Below are positions 10,976 through 24,974 of a DNA stretch of 64,000 nucleotides, piece by piece. Source of the DNA: Chiloscyllium plagiosum (lineage: Eukaryota); assembly GCF_004010195.1 (NCBI RefSeq), contig NC_057711.1:79563570-79627569 (forward strand), read 5' to 3'. The notes beneath the pieces were generated by a model, which saw only the letters and a program-made list of their open reading frames with translations, did not search any database and was not told the DNA's origin. The stretch's first letter is position 1; each line of letters starts with the position of its first letter. The translations under genes and the position numbers were made by a program.

Positions 10976-13900
10976 TTAATCCATTATGTATTTGAAGATT
11001 TATTTTATTAATGGGCTGTTTCCCTATTTGCTCCTGTCAGTCTCTTAATTATATTTTTATTGTATTAAAAATATGGGCACTAGTAAAAACCATTTTTGTG
11101 GAATTTTTAACTTGTCATAATGATTAATTATATGACGATGACTTAGGATTTTAAAATTAACTTTAAATAATCTTAATACTACTTATACTTAATTTACCTT
11201 TAGCTGCACACATCCCACAGAACCTGTAGGTGCTTTAATTGTTGATGGGACAATTAGCTCCTGACTAAGTTATTAGAATATGCAAATAAATCAGTGACTT
11301 AAGTTGTATACTGCATTGGTGATGTATTGATTTAATTTAATAATGTAATTTGAAATATTGCAGTAACAATTAAAAAGTATTTTGTTTTCCATATTAGAAA
11401 CAACTGAAACTGATGAGCAATTCTCCAGATTAGTACAGTTTAGCCTTTTTAGAGTCAAGAGTAGAAATGCTGTACTTTATGCATTAAAGGAGAGAATGAA
11501 AATCCATGTTGCCATGCCAGCAAAACTGCTTTCTAGATTGCTTCCTAAGATATATCGCAATACAAGCAGATGTCTGAATCAAGAAGCTCGCTCTGAATAT
11601 CAACAAATAACTTTTTAGGCAGGTGTTGAAAATCATATGGAAATCCTATTAAGAGGCCTTGGGTTCTTGTCAGTCAGGAAGCCATCGACCACAAAGAGGT
11701 TAGTTGTCTGAATGAAACGGACAGAGTTGATTCTCATTAGGTTTTAGCTTTCCCAGGAAATTATTGTCTCAGCATGTTCGCTTTCTCCTGTGATTTTGAA
11801 TGTAGTCTGTTCTTCTATTGATCTGTTCTGCTGGCCCTCTGTAAATCAACACTTGAACCACAGTAGTCCTTTGAGACTTGTGATGTTTCCCTTGACCGGC
11901 CTGGGCCTGCCAGATCCTGCTTGGATTAGAGGAGAAATCCGAGGTTGTAGGTGCTGGAAAGGTGAAGCTGTTATATCTGCCCAGATGATTAAAGGTTTAT
12001 TGATATTGTTGAGGATGTGTGTGTTTGTGTTCTGTCCAACAGCCACCTTCCTTAGTGCTATATTTCACTTGGCACCAAAGTACTGAGAACAGGAATAATA
12101 ATTTGTTTTTGTTTGCAGGTTTACTAGTTTGTGCATGCATTAAACAAAATAAATACTATCTATTATTCAGTTTATAATTAATGCAATTTAGTCACTGCAT
12201 TTAAAATGGGGGACATTTTGATTTCTATGATGGAAATATAAAGAAAAACAAAAATCTTCAGTTTTCATTTTGAGGTTGATTATTAAATTTTTAATAACCA
12301 TTTGTATATAGAAAATGCAATTATAATATTGATGTGCAAAAATGTTCAGCAAAAGCTTCACTATTATCATGCAATACTTTTACAATGATGTGATCCATTT
12401 TATAAAGCCAATAAAATGCACATTGGTGGTCTCTTGTTGCCCCAGTAACAGACCACAGGGCACGATGCATTTGAAATGCATGAACATCTGTGTTTTAATC
12501 TTTTTAGTTTTATTCTTTTCTCAGCACTGATTGGACCACTCAGGCTTCTGTCTGTGACATTGCGTTAGGAGGGATAAACTGCAGAGTTCCCTTGGGCTCT
12601 GCCCTAAGTGGTTGGCAGAATAGAAAAGTGAAGTGAGATTTAGCAAGCCAGCATTTTCAGTGGTTGAGGGATTTAACCTGACTGTGCTCTCGGTGGGACT
12701 TTATTAGCTTAGTTTCTGCTATGCAAAGAAATGAATAGAAATTTTCTAGTAAATCTAGGTATTAGTAGGGTTTATTGGTCTGTCTAGAAATACAAGCAGG
12801 AGAACTGAAGCAATCACTGTTTTTATATTATAAATTTCTTTGTGCCACCTGCATTCTCCCTGGATCCTGTCCACATTCTGCATTATTGAATAAATTTAAC
12901 TAATGCTATGGAAGAAATTCATATCTGTGGTATATATGGCTTAAAATAAATAAAGTATAAAGGCTTTATAGAAAGTATATTTAGAATATTATTAAAACAG
13001 AAAACTTAATTCTGTAGTATTATTGTAAAATATTTTCTGTTAATATGAAGCTGAACTAAAAATTGTGAATGCATGAAAAAAAGGAGAGTTTGCATTTTGA
13101 TTCAAGTTAACCATGTGATGTTTAACCAATGCAATTGTGATGCAAAATGTTCAGTAAATTTCAAATGGATTTTTTAGTTCTTTTTATTTATCTCAGCAGT
13201 CCTAATACTCATTTATATTTAAAAAAAAACAGAAAATTGACAAACTTTTATATTTTACAGTTTGAGTTGACCAGTAGTGATCTCTAAACAAGATAAATGC
13301 ATGGCTAATTGTCAATCATTTCTGGGACAACATATCATTAATTTGAGTGTGAAAGACTTTTTTTTTTTAACAGTTGTTTTGAATTGACTTTGACTTATAT
13401 CCTTATAAGTAAAGATCATGGAAAATAATTCTACTCCTAGTATAAGGCATTTTTAACAAATTTATCTAAAGGTTTTATCTTAGTACTTATTATGTTAGCT
13501 GTATAGGACTTTTTTTATAACCTGGAAAAATGTACTTACATTTTATACATCAGGTAGAGCCCAGTGTTTGAACAATATTACAGTGGTGTTCACTTCAAAA
13601 TCCTAAATCTTGATTGTAGAGCTCCCTTTTCAATCTACCTAATTTTTTAATTACATGTATGTCTTAGTAGTGGTATAGCTTTCCTGTTCTGGTTGCACTT
13701 CAATTTAGCAATTCAGTAAAACACTGGGTAGCATATTCTAGTCCTGAAGGAGACAAGAAAAGAATGAGGTGGGGCGTATGAACTTAATTAGAGTTAGCCA
13801 CAAAATATAATTCTTGCCATTGAAATAAACTTTTACAATGAAAAGGTGGAATAAAAGATTAATGGGTGGCCTGACCTTCCCAACTACAGGAAGGTTATCT

Positions 13901-14533
13901 GCGTGCAATAGCTTCTCATTCAAAGCATAATTTCCTAGAATTCAGTAGTGCTTCCCAAATAACTTCTACGCAATCAAAAACTCCATCCCTTCAGGTAGCC
14001 GATTGGTTGGTTATAACTGGCGTGTATGTTTGTATGGAGTTGTGGTATAAGGTTTCCAAGTATATTCAAAGGTTTGAAGGGAAGACGTCTGGCCGTATCT
14101 ACAGGCCAGGTTAAAGTCCAAAGGGCTAAGGGATCTATGGCTCAGGGTCATGTTAAAGTACAATTGGGAAAGGGTCAGTTGGGCAATGGTGCAGCACTGT
14201 CTTTATCAGGGTGCAAGGATAGAACTTGCAGTAGTTTTTGTCACATCTTGGGCATTTGGAGTCATGACAGGAAAGCTGCTTAGGGTGTGGCACTTGCTGC
14301 AGGAAGCTCATGTTCTGCAGTGTTGCTGATGTATGATATATGTGGTGGAGGCATTGGATGTAGTAGGGTGGGAAGTTGGTAGGTCAGACTCAGGGAATGT
14401 AAAGTCTTGTATGGTTGGTTCAAGTCTTGTCAGTGGGAGGCTAGAGTGTCAGGGAGCATTGGGACCTGGATTGTTAGGGCTCAGCAGACAAAATGGGGAA
14501 ATTAACAAACACATTGGTGCGATTGATGGGAAT

Positions 14534-14870
14534 GATGCCTCACAGCACCAGGGTCCTGGGTTCAACTCCTTGGGCCTTGGGAGACTGTCTGTGTGTAGTT
14601 TACATGTTCTCCCTGTGTCTGCATGGGTTTCCTCTGGGTGCTCCGGTTTCCTCCCACAGTCCAAAAATGTTCAGGTCAGATGGAGTGGCCATGCTAAATT
14701 GTCCATCGTGTCCAGGAATGTGCAGGCTAGGTGGGTTAGAGATGGGAAATGCAGGGTTACGGGGAAGGAGAGGGGAATGGGTCTGGGTGGGATTCTCTTC
14801 AGAGGGTAGGTGTGGATTTGATTGGCCGAATGAACTGCTTCCACGCTCTAGGGATTCTATGATTTTATGA
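14534..14870 (+). mobile_element. HE1-type V-SINE
   Basis: TGCCTCACAGCACCAGGG..CCTGGGTTCAA (tRNA B box), V-domain GGGTTTCCTCTGGGTGCTCCGGTTTCCTCCCACAGTCCAAA, LINE-like tail ending GATTCTATGA. Confidence 0.9.
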
Positions 14871-15269
14871 AAAGTAAATGTCACCATCTTCAGACAGTCT
14901 ATCTTTTAATTTCGAAATAGCTATCCCCAAAATGTGAGGAGGATTTTTTTTTTGTTCTGTGTTTTGAGTTATAACTTAGATTTCCAGGCTCGCTGTAGCA
15001 AAGTTCGATTAATCACAATGACACAGATTGACCGTGACCTCCTTTTTGGTCATTTTTGCTACTGAGGTGGAACTAGCACCATTGGAAGGAAGAAGAGCGA
15101 CAACACCCAAATGCTGTGGCCCAATCTTCAGAGGGACAATGGTCAGAGCAACAGTAACTGACAAATAATGCATAATGTGTCTCAGCATCTCCCAAGGTGT
15201 TGTCTCTACATTTGTAGCTGCTGAATGAGTACAGGAGTGGGAAGCAATCCTATGCTTGGTACATGTAAA

Positions 15270-15860
15270 GGATGCAAATGGATTATTTCAGGTAACCACC
15301 GGGGACTTTTGCATTTGTTAATAAATCCAAGCGGTGGTCAATGCCCTTTTCACTAAAGTGCACAAATTAGTCATGGCATTGGGCTTTGCTGTAATAACAG
15401 GTTTCCCAGTGGTGCAGGGTACAATCAATTCCAACCACATTGCAGTGAGTGTCCTGGCAACAACCAGCTGTGTATGTCAGTAGGAAAGGGTGCCAGTTTC
15501 TGAATGTGTAGATCTGTGATCACAGCAGCCAAATGCTCCAGAGCTGTGCACTATATCCAAAGGGTCTGTCACAAATCCTACACTGTGGAGCACTCACAGG
15601 TTGGTGAAACTGTTATTGCCCCACGTTATCTACAGGGCTAATTGCTAGGAGACTGGGGCTATTTCCTTTGGACCTGGCTGATGATACCTGTCAGGAATGC
15701 TCAGACTGATGCCAAGGAGAGGCACAGTATGACGCATGCCACCCCAAGGACAATTATTGAAAAGACCACAGGAGAATAAGATTCCAGTGCTTGAGGCACT
15801 CAGACAATGCATTGCAATTTACACAAGAGAGTGTACATTGTGTCATGCTGTACCTTCCAT
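15270..15860 (+). pseudogene. Decayed PIF/Harbinger (HARBI1-like) DDE transposase
   Basis: GFAVITGFPVVQGTINSNHIAV; QPAVYVSRKGCQFLNV*; G*LLGDWGYFLWTWLMIPVRNAQTDAKERHSMTHATPRTIIEKTTG: Harbinger DDE motifs in the expected order, with stops and frameshifts. Confidence 0.8.
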
Positions 15861-16443
15861 GTCCTCACCAAAGTGGAAAATGTCTTGGGAGAAGAGTACA
15901 AGATACAGGAGTAAGAGATCTCTCATAGGTTGGAAGAAGCCAGGACAATGATCCAACGAGGCACCCAAGGCTATGAAAACCTTTTATTGCAGACTAATTT
16001 TAGAATAATTGGTTGAGATATGTGTTAATTGTGCATGAGTGTAGCTGTACGAGAGTGTGTTGTGGAACCATGGGTTCTTGGAGCAAAGCATACTTAAGCA
16101 GATTAGTTAAAAAGAGGCAGATTAGGGCATATGTATCCTGGATCATGCTCCTCAATTCTCCTATGTGCTGGACGATGTAACTAATCACCTTGTTTCCTCA
16201 CCGTACCAAAAGTCCTAGAGAAACATTTAGTTCCTTTACCATTATATTGACTGAGCATTGTTGCTGACTATGATCCTATCATTATGCACTGGACAAGTCA
16301 ATCACTTCCTTCTTATCCCTCCAAGTGAATAAAGTCCTTCATAGCTTAGTAGTGTTCTGCCTACAATTTATTCTGAAAATTATTGGCCTGGCAACACAGC
16401 CCAAAATATAGAGGTAAATAAATGTTTCCTTCCTGCATCCTTC

Positions 16444-17150
16444 AGAATCATAGAATCATTGTGATATACAGCATGGAAACATACCCATTGGTTCAACTTG
16501 TCCAAGATGACCAGATATCATGAATAAACCTAGTCCCATTTGCCAGCATTTGGCCTATTATCCATCTAAACCCTTCCTATTCACATGCCCATCCAGATGA
16601 ATTGTTGTAATTGAAAAGCCTCCAGCACTTCCTTTGGCAGTTCATTCCATGCAGGCACCACCCTCTGCATGAAAAAGTTGCCCCTTAGGTAAATACTTTA
16701 AATACTTTTAAATACTTTTCCTCTCAACCTTAAACCGTGCCCTCTAGTTTTGGACTCCCCCCCCCCCCCCTGAAAAAAAAGACCTTGTCTATTTACCCTG
16801 TCCATGCATCATGATTTTATAAACCTCTATAAGGTCACCCCTCAGCCAAGGAAAACAGACCCAGCCTATTCAGCCTCTCCCTGTAGCTCAAACCCTCCAA
16901 CCCTGGCAACATCCTTATAAATCTTATCTTAACCCTTTCAAGTTTCACAACATCCTTCCTATAGCAGGGAGACCAGAATTGCATGTAGTATTCCAACAGT
17001 GGCATAGCCAATGTCTTGTACAGCCACAACATGACCTCCAAACTCCTATACTCAATGAACTGACCAATAAAGGCAAGCATACCAAATGCTGACTTCACTA
17101 TCCTATTTACCGGTGACTCCACTTTCAAGGAACCTGCACTCCAAGATATC
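16444..17150 (-). mobile_element. CR1 LINE 3' fragment
   Basis: ORF 16835-17173 LYKTLAMPLLEYYMQFWSPCYRKDVVKLERV...; AGAATCATAGAATCAT tail. Confidence 0.9.
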
Positions 17151-18856
17151 TTTGACCATTCACATTTCTCCATTACTCACTTAAATTGGCTCTGTGTTGT
17201 CTGCAATGTTGCACTCTCGGGCAGGCCCCAGTGTACTAACTGTGATCTGATGAAAAAGGCAAGATCACTGAAATATATCTCGTGAGCCTTGACTGCAATC
17301 GCCAAATGTTCGGTTCAGTCTTTGCTGAGACACTTGGGGGTGTCTCACTGGAACACTAGCGTTGCCTACTGACATGACAGATGCCTCAACCAACCACATC
17401 AAAACCTAGCGCCTAATGAGATTATGGTAAAGTTTACCACTGTGCAAGTGAATATATGTTTATAGATATGCAGGCAAAGTACATTTAATCAATGCCTTTG
17501 CCACCCATGTGTCCTCCAAAATATCGCCTTTTTTTTGCTATCACTTTGTCTGGTCACTGGTCTGACATTCTCAGCTCAGGTGAAGGCTACTGATTGTTAT
17601 GCCCTGCTAACTGTGATATCTTCTGCGTATGTCATTTGGAGGCTTGAAGTTGAGGGTGCCCCAGCCTGCTGTGAATCTCCTGCGCAGGTTCACGTGCAGC
17701 CTCCTTGGTTTGACCTGCTGCAGACAATAGGAGTCCATGGCAGAGGGGAGATGAAATATCTCTGGAGTTTCCTAAGATGAAGTTCTAACACTGCTCCTTC
17801 TGAGTGCCTGCTTATTCCTCCTTCCCTCTTTGAGGTGAAGAAGTACTTGCAGTGAGGTCAAGATGCCACGTGCCCCCTTGCCTTGCCATTGATGTATGTA
17901 TCAAAGAAAACACCACCATTTCCATGCAGCAGGCAATGACTACATTAATGATGGTCTCCTCTATATTTTGCTCTCGATACTGACAGCCTCTGGCATCGCT
18001 ACCCGATTTTTTCTGCCTGTCTCTACTTGTCACTTATGGCTCAAAACAGAGGCATATTATTTGTATCGAGCTCAGCAGTTGCCTAACCTGAGTGTCAGAT
18101 TTGGATGTTGCTTTTTCCACTGACTGTTGGATTCAAGCCAGAGATATGCTCACCAGTTTGTGACCCTGAACCTACTCTAGATAGTGGACCCATCAAAGTG
18201 AATGTCTCAGTGGTGGCCGAGGATGCAGGTGAATTATGTACCAGTGCACCTTGAGATTTCCAAGACATCATCATTGGAGGTAGTGTTGCTAATTGGGGAT
18301 GTTATGACATCTTGTGCTTCATTCTGTACTGGTGACCAGTGGTATCTGTAGTACAGAAGAGGAAGAATTGGTTGGTAAACATACAAATTTCTCACACCAT
18401 CTGCACATCTGAGAATAGCTGACTATAACCTTTCACCTGGCTTCTTGTAATATTCATGTTTCACTATCTGTGGAGGAACAGTCACAACTCTCCCCTGTTT
18501 GCTCTGCAGCCCACTCTTTGAATGGGGTGATAGTCTGAATATTCGGCACCGCTCCACTGTGCAAGCCTGTTCTGTCCTGTTGTGGGTGATCCTGTCCTGC
18601 AGAAAGAGGAGTTTGATGGAACATGCAGAGCAATACCAGCTCCTGAGCCCTCCCTATTAACTGAGTACGAAGATGAGCACCCTTCATCTGTTACAACATT
18701 GAATGCATGAGGTGGCTATCAGTAGGGCACATCATCCATGAAATACTTGAGAGTTTTGAGTGATTGTATTATGTGACATGCTGGGGCAGTGGTAAGATTT
18801 TACTGAGTGATGCCCTTCTGATTGTCAATTTGCAATAAGTAGACCATGGCACTTAC

Positions 18857-19080
18857 CAGTGTGGAGAAGAGGATATTGATCATCCTATTTCTGCACGGAG
18901 TCAGGGTTCTCCAGTGTGGGCCGTTGGCACTGACCTGCCAAGTGACCTTGCTCAAGGCTGTCTGGCTCTGAAGGGAGGGCTCTCTGCTTCCATTCTTATT
19001 TTGTGGTTGGTCTGAAGTAGAACCTTTAGCGAGCTGTCACTGAATCTTGGATGTGGTTTCTGTCTGCTTAAGAAACCTCC
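18857..19080 (-). pseudogene. Decayed Myb/SANT-like exon, probable partner gene of the Harbinger transposase
   Basis: KPHPRFSDSSLKVLL ... (frameshift) VSANGPHWRTLTPCRNRMINILFSTL followed directly by a GTAAGT donor (ACTTAC at 18851-18856). Confidence 0.6.
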
Positions 19081-22000
19081 AGCGACCACCACAGTGAGTA
19101 ACACTGTCAGCAAACAAAGGCCTGCAGGACCAGCAGAGTCAAGAATCCCTTTGCCCACTCTGTATGATTCACTGTTTAATTTGTGGCATAACTCCAGTGC
19201 ATATGCAATGAGCTGAAAAGCCCAACCCTGCGTAAGAAAACACGCTGAGGCCACAAGTGAAAGTCACGACCTCAAACTTGCCCCATGCCACACTTGGCCC
19301 CAATTTTTGCTGAGACATAGAGCACCTTTGTTGCAGCAAAAATACTGGAAGAAGTTGGAAACCCGAAGTTAGGCCTTTCAACTTAACAGTTCTAATTTTC
19401 TTGGGGACAGGCCATAATTCACCCTGTGATTCCTGGAGGCTGCTGGTCATTTGAAGTTTGGAGTGCTTAGTGTCTGGAACCCAAAGCTGGAGATTAGATG
19501 AAGTCAGAACGGGTCTGTTCTCAGTGTCTCTTTTCGATACGCAGGGTAACCCTTTGGAGAGCTGATGACCATGGGACACTTTGGGAATATGGGTGAGAAA
19601 TTGTTTTCAAGGTGCAGGTGCATCGGGTATCCTTTGGGGACTAGGCTGATGGCAAAAATGTCATGACATTTTCCCAAAAAAGTGGAGTTATAAAACTGTA
19701 CTAGCTGTTTCAAAGTGCCTGCACGAATGAAACAATGAAAGGATTTGAGCTGCATGATTTATTTCCACAGTGTTTACAGTGGGCTGCCTATTGATGGACA
19801 TCACTAACTACCTATTTAATGGAAATATTTGTTGACAGAAGGGATTAACCACTTAAATGAGACGTTGAACTTAAATTTTCACCAGCTGCTTTTGTTTAAA
19901 TAGACATCACAGTACTTGAGTGAAATGTTTGTGTACATGTGCAATTAGTTGAAGCAATTTCAATTATTGGCAGTTTCCTTGTATCAATGAGAGAGTCCTT
20001 ATTTAAACAGGGACATTATCAATAAACTGTATTTTCTGTCGGGTTACCTCCTGATTAATACCCATGCTGGGTAACAGGCCCCTGAGGGGGAAGGACAAAA
20101 TAGGTGGGGGTGTATGAGTTGGCACGGTTGCTATAAAAGGCCATGGGAATGTTTGGAGACATGAAGAGAAATAGATAGGTGAGTATAGGGTTTGCTGTAC
20201 AGGTATGGGTTGGCATAGAGGGCATGATGTGAAGTGATGAGAGCAGAGGGATGTTTTCTGTTTCAAGTTTTATTTTTAAACTTTAACCACAGTGCTAGAG
20301 CTCATTGATAGGCTTTCCACCCAACCTGCATGGGGACCTGGCAGTCTGTTAGGCTCTTCTTAGGCTGCCTGACCTGATTCCCATTCCAGTTCAACCCTAA
20401 ACCAAAAATTAGAAGTGAGGGCAACCATTTTTAAAGGTTGGGTTTGCAAAGTTTAGGGTTACTCATCACAGCAGGGAAATTGTAGCTTTGGAGTCCAAAA
20501 TGGAACATTGATCCCACTAATACTGAATCTGGATGAGACAGAGAATGTGTGTGCATGCAAGTGTGTGAGCAAAAGCTGGAAAGTACAAATCTGAAGTGTG
20601 TCCTGGACCATGGAGGGGTTGAGGGAGAGGGTATCAGGCTGGGCTCCCAGCTGTGGATACTTGTCAGTGTTCTTCACTCCTGGAAGGTTTATATTAAGCT
20701 ACAGAATGGTTGTTTGGTCATAACTTTTCAAGCTACCACAGAAAGAAAAAAAACCCTTCAGCCATTTACTCTTAAATTCACTACCTTGAAACTATAACCC
20801 AGAATGCTTTTAAAAGAAGGGTGAACGTTGGAATAAATAATTTTTCTCACAAAGGATCTTCTTATCGTTGTGTTTAATAGTCAATCCTCAATTTATGCCA
20901 CTATTGTTATACACCACAGATCTGTATTTGAGTTCCATGTTTTCAGAAGGTATACCTGATTTATCAGACACTTGTTACAGATATGAGTAGTTATCCCCAA
21001 TCTTCCCTACTGCCTTTGGTATAGTCTGTTCCTCTTGATTCCAATCTCTTGGTGTCAGGTAAAAATGTGAGTTATTAAGATTGTAATTGAAACTGAAATG
21101 TGTGAAATTATTTTCTTTGCAAAACAGTCATTCTCCAAAGCTTAAATTTCATAATCTGTTCATCTTGTGCACATTCTTCTTAGTGTACACATTATAATAC
21201 TGTAATTGTTTTGAACCTATTTACTATATTCAAAATTGCTTACACTTGCTCTGCGAGTTTCTGGTCTGGTCATTTCATACTCATTTTAACAGGCAGTCCA
21301 GTCTCAGAAATGATCCATCTACGTAAATACAGTTCTGCAAGCCAATTATTTACACCAAAATTCTCAGATATTGTAATAGAACATGTAACAAGCTGTTACG
21401 CATGGTGAAGTACGCAAATCACTAATCATTACACTTTCTTAGCATGTTGCTTTGGCTGTCAGAGTATGAATTCATTGGATGGCTCAGAATTTGATAGCGA
21501 ATAGCATTTATTTAACTTGGATAACAGTTCCCATCCCAATTTTTATTCTACTGAACAAAATTTTTATGCATATTGCAAAGATGGCCCCTGAATTTGTACC
21601 ATAAGTTCAATGATATTTGATAGAGTGGACTGTACAATGTCACAGTGTATTATGATCTCGTCAGGCTGTCTTCAATCAATGCCAACTGTTCTCAACTGAC
21701 AATTGCGAATATAATTAAGTGATAATTTTCTGTGCAGGTATACAGTGAGACATATAATTGAGGGCTGGTAGTTTGATTTAAGATGAGATGTACGGTTAGA
21801 AACTTAGGACGGGCTGTCCTAATTACAGGTTATTGGACCTCAGCAAGGAATTATTGCAATTCAGTTAAGTCTTTATTTTATGGTGATTTTTCTTAAAACT
21901 AGTGTTGCAATCTGAAGCAGATTATGGGTCTGTGACTTGAAAATAAAACATTAGTTTAATTTAATATTATTTGTTATCAAAACCAATTGTGTTTAAAGTG

Positions 22001-22635
22001 AATAGTTCTGCTATAAAAATCCTAGTTTACCCATCCTGATAGTTAGTTTGCAGGTTAGGTAATATTAGGGCACTTTAAATATGCTGATGGCTGACTTTCC
22101 GATGTGCTGTCAGTTTTCCTAGTTTATAATTCCCTTGCCTGTACTCAGTGCTCCTGCACATTACAGTTCAGCCAAGATGTGGATGAGAGACTGTTTGTTT
22201 AAACTTTCCTATTCTGGTAACTTCCTTCTAATGCACAAAATCTGTGTACTCATGGACCTAGATAATAATCCTCCCCACCCACTCTGAGTGACAGGCTGGA
22301 GAAAGTTGAAAATGTTTAAAAAATGGGGAACATGGCCCAAATTGCCATGTATGCACCTGTGGCTGCTTTTATTCTAGTGGGTAGCATGTCAGAAAAATGC
22401 CCTACTCGGAATATTCTCCCCAGGACTCGTAGCATTAACTTTGATTTCGTTCCACCGATGCTGCCAGATCTGTTGAGTTTTTTTCCACCATTTTAAGTTT
22501 ACATTGTTGAACATGGTCATTGCCTGGCACTGTGTGACATTAATGGTATTTTCCACTTACAAGCCCAAGTCTATCATCCAGATCTTGCTGAATTTGAGCA
22601 TGGATTCTTCAGTATCTGAAGAATCTCAAATAGTT

Positions 22636-22895
22636 AGCAAGTTTTAAGATTTGTAGTTCAGGTTGAGGTTCTGGATGTGGGTTTGCTCACTGAGTTGGGA
22701 GGTTTGTTTTCAGACATTTTGTCACCATACTAGGTAACATCATCAGTGAGCCTCCAGATGAAGCATTGGTGACATGGCCCGCTTTCTATTTGTGTTTAGG
22801 TTTCCTTGGGTTGCTGATGTTATTTCCTGTGGTAATCTAGTTCCTGTTCTTTTTCTCAAGACGGTGATAAATGGGATCCAAGTCAATGTGTTTTT
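22636..22895 (-). mobile_element. Penelope-like element 3' end/pLTR with mutated hammerhead
   Basis: Reverse complement of 22713-22746: CTGATGA-T-GTTACC-TAGTAT-GGTGAC-AAAA-TGTC (GAAA changed to AAAA, consistent with CpG decay); minus strand also reads HIDLDPIY like the Penelope ORF end near 45470. Confidence 0.8.
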
Positions 22896-23928
22896 TGACT
22901 AAGGAAAACTGATTAATCAACCAATGGGTGGCTGCTATGTTTTCTGTAATCAGTAACACAGATTGAGTAGTGTTGATTCAGCTTACTTGTAAAGGTGAGA
23001 GGTTAGACTACAACTTGCAGTTGCAGATAACTGTGCACACCAAGTCCTAGCTTGCTTCAGCCAGAACTACTCATGGCAGTTGGTAATGTGGCTTAAATCT
23101 TGGTCCTTGGCTCATTAGCATATCTTAAGGCAACATCGCCCTTAAAGAAGTCCCCATTTTTCGAAGATATACTTACATGCACTCAGAAAATAATACAATA
23201 TGGTTGTTGCAAAGCGATTTCCACAGAAGTTAAAGTTTGAAAATTTAAGAGGTTGAGTCTAAACATGTAATGTATAAGTGGTTTGATAATCTTTCTGGAT
23301 CTTGTAATAGTATGACCTTCCAGAGATTTAGACTTCACACTTAACCGTTCTTGACCCAAGAGATGTAATGGAGTCTTCACTTGTTAGTATGTTGCTGTCT
23401 TGATGGTCTTCCCACACTTTTATTGTCCAACCTTATTTTGTGTGTCTTTTGTATTGTATAGTTCCCTGAGTTGGCTTTTGTTTTTCCTTTATGTTGCTCC
23501 ATTCAGTGTCATGACTTTGTAGGATCTTGGCTCACTGCACATGTCAGCTACCTTTGCAGGCAATCATATTTCCTATGTAGGATGTGTGACTCTGACCTTC
23601 AGTCCTTAATGCAGATTAGGCACTCCCGCATCTGCAAGTAAGTCATGCACAATCACCATTCTTCCTGGTTTTGCATTTAAATTTGTATTTATGTGCGAGA
23701 ACTTGGACATAGTATGGCATGGCAGGGTAGTCTTAATTTGCTTTCCAAATATGATCTCTGCTGGTAACTGTAAGCCATATTGGCACAATTATTTTTACTG
23801 GAATTTGTTGCAGTGTCAGTGGTTTATGCCAATATTTTTCAAATGGTTTGTGATTGGTTTCAATGGTGAAATGTTTATTAATACAATACATGTGGAATTG
23901 TGAGATAGTGAATAGAAAGTAATTTTTG

Positions 23929-24133
23929 GATTAGATCGGATTAGATTAGATTCCCTACAGTGAGGAAACAGGCCCTTTGGCCCAACAAGTCCACACTGCC
24001 TCTCCGAAGATTAACCCACCCAGACCCATTTCCCTCTGACTATTGCACCTAACACTATGGGCAATTTGGAATGGCCAATTCACCTGACCTGCACATCTTT
24101 GGACTGTGGGAGGAAACCAGAGCACCCGGAGGG
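23929..24133 (-). mobile_element. HE1-type V-SINE, 5'-truncated
   Basis: (GATTA)n tail, then reverse complement of the V-domain TTTGGACTGTGGGAGGAAACCAGAGCACCCGGAG. Confidence 0.9.
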
Positions 24134-24974
24134 ATATGTTGATCCTCCTGCTATGCAAATTGTATGCCTCCTTAAGAGATTTCCAATTGCTGATGCTTGC
24201 CAAATTTGGTTTGTATGATATGAGGAAGGTAATAAATCTGAGCTCTCTGTAAGTTTTCTTTGTCTTGGTGAGTAGACATGTGATCTGCACCTGCAATTTG
24301 CCTGGTCAGGAAAAACTGCATAATATGCATAGATAAAGCCAAAAAAGTTGATCTGACCTACGTTCACCTTATTCTAATTGCTGTTGAAGATATGTCTTTC
24401 ATGACGAGATGCTGCTATTAGCAAATGTAGATTTCCATGTGAATTTCTCTAGTTTTATGCATGACCTCAATGTCATCGGCAAAACATTCGCATCCAGGAA
24501 TATTATCTGTAATTCTGTGCAAATGTTGCTGGAGCAAATCTTGACTGACAGAGCAAAACCTGCTGCCTGGAAAAAATATCATCCACACCATGTTCTGAAC
24601 ATAGCTATTTCCTGAGATTCGTTTGCTGAGTGAACTGAACAATATTCATATTTGGCACTAGCTTGGAGAATAATTTAGTTCCTGTGTATTTGGGATTCAG
24701 TTCCTCTCCTGTTGCAGTTTTATATAGGCATCTTTTTAGAGAAGGTTTCAGATATAATGGGTCCAAATATACTCATGTAACAGAACTACACAGTATGTAT
24801 GTTGACAAGATTATGCTGTTATTTTCAATATCATCCTGCTCACTCTTGATCTTCTCTTGTATGCGAGCATTGCACTTACTGGGATGGTCGATTGATAGAA
24901 TTGCAACGTCTCCAATGTGAAGCATCAGCATTTCACAGTAGAAGACACTAATTGCATTCCAAAATTACTTAATA

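Noticed and set aside
12100..12127. TTTGCAG|GTTTAC as a recursive splice site
   Set aside because: Reconstituted donor is weak and such AG-GT junctions are common by chance
14333..14887. Overlapping 71-158 aa ORFs on both strands
   Set aside because: Chance frames through an HE1 SINE
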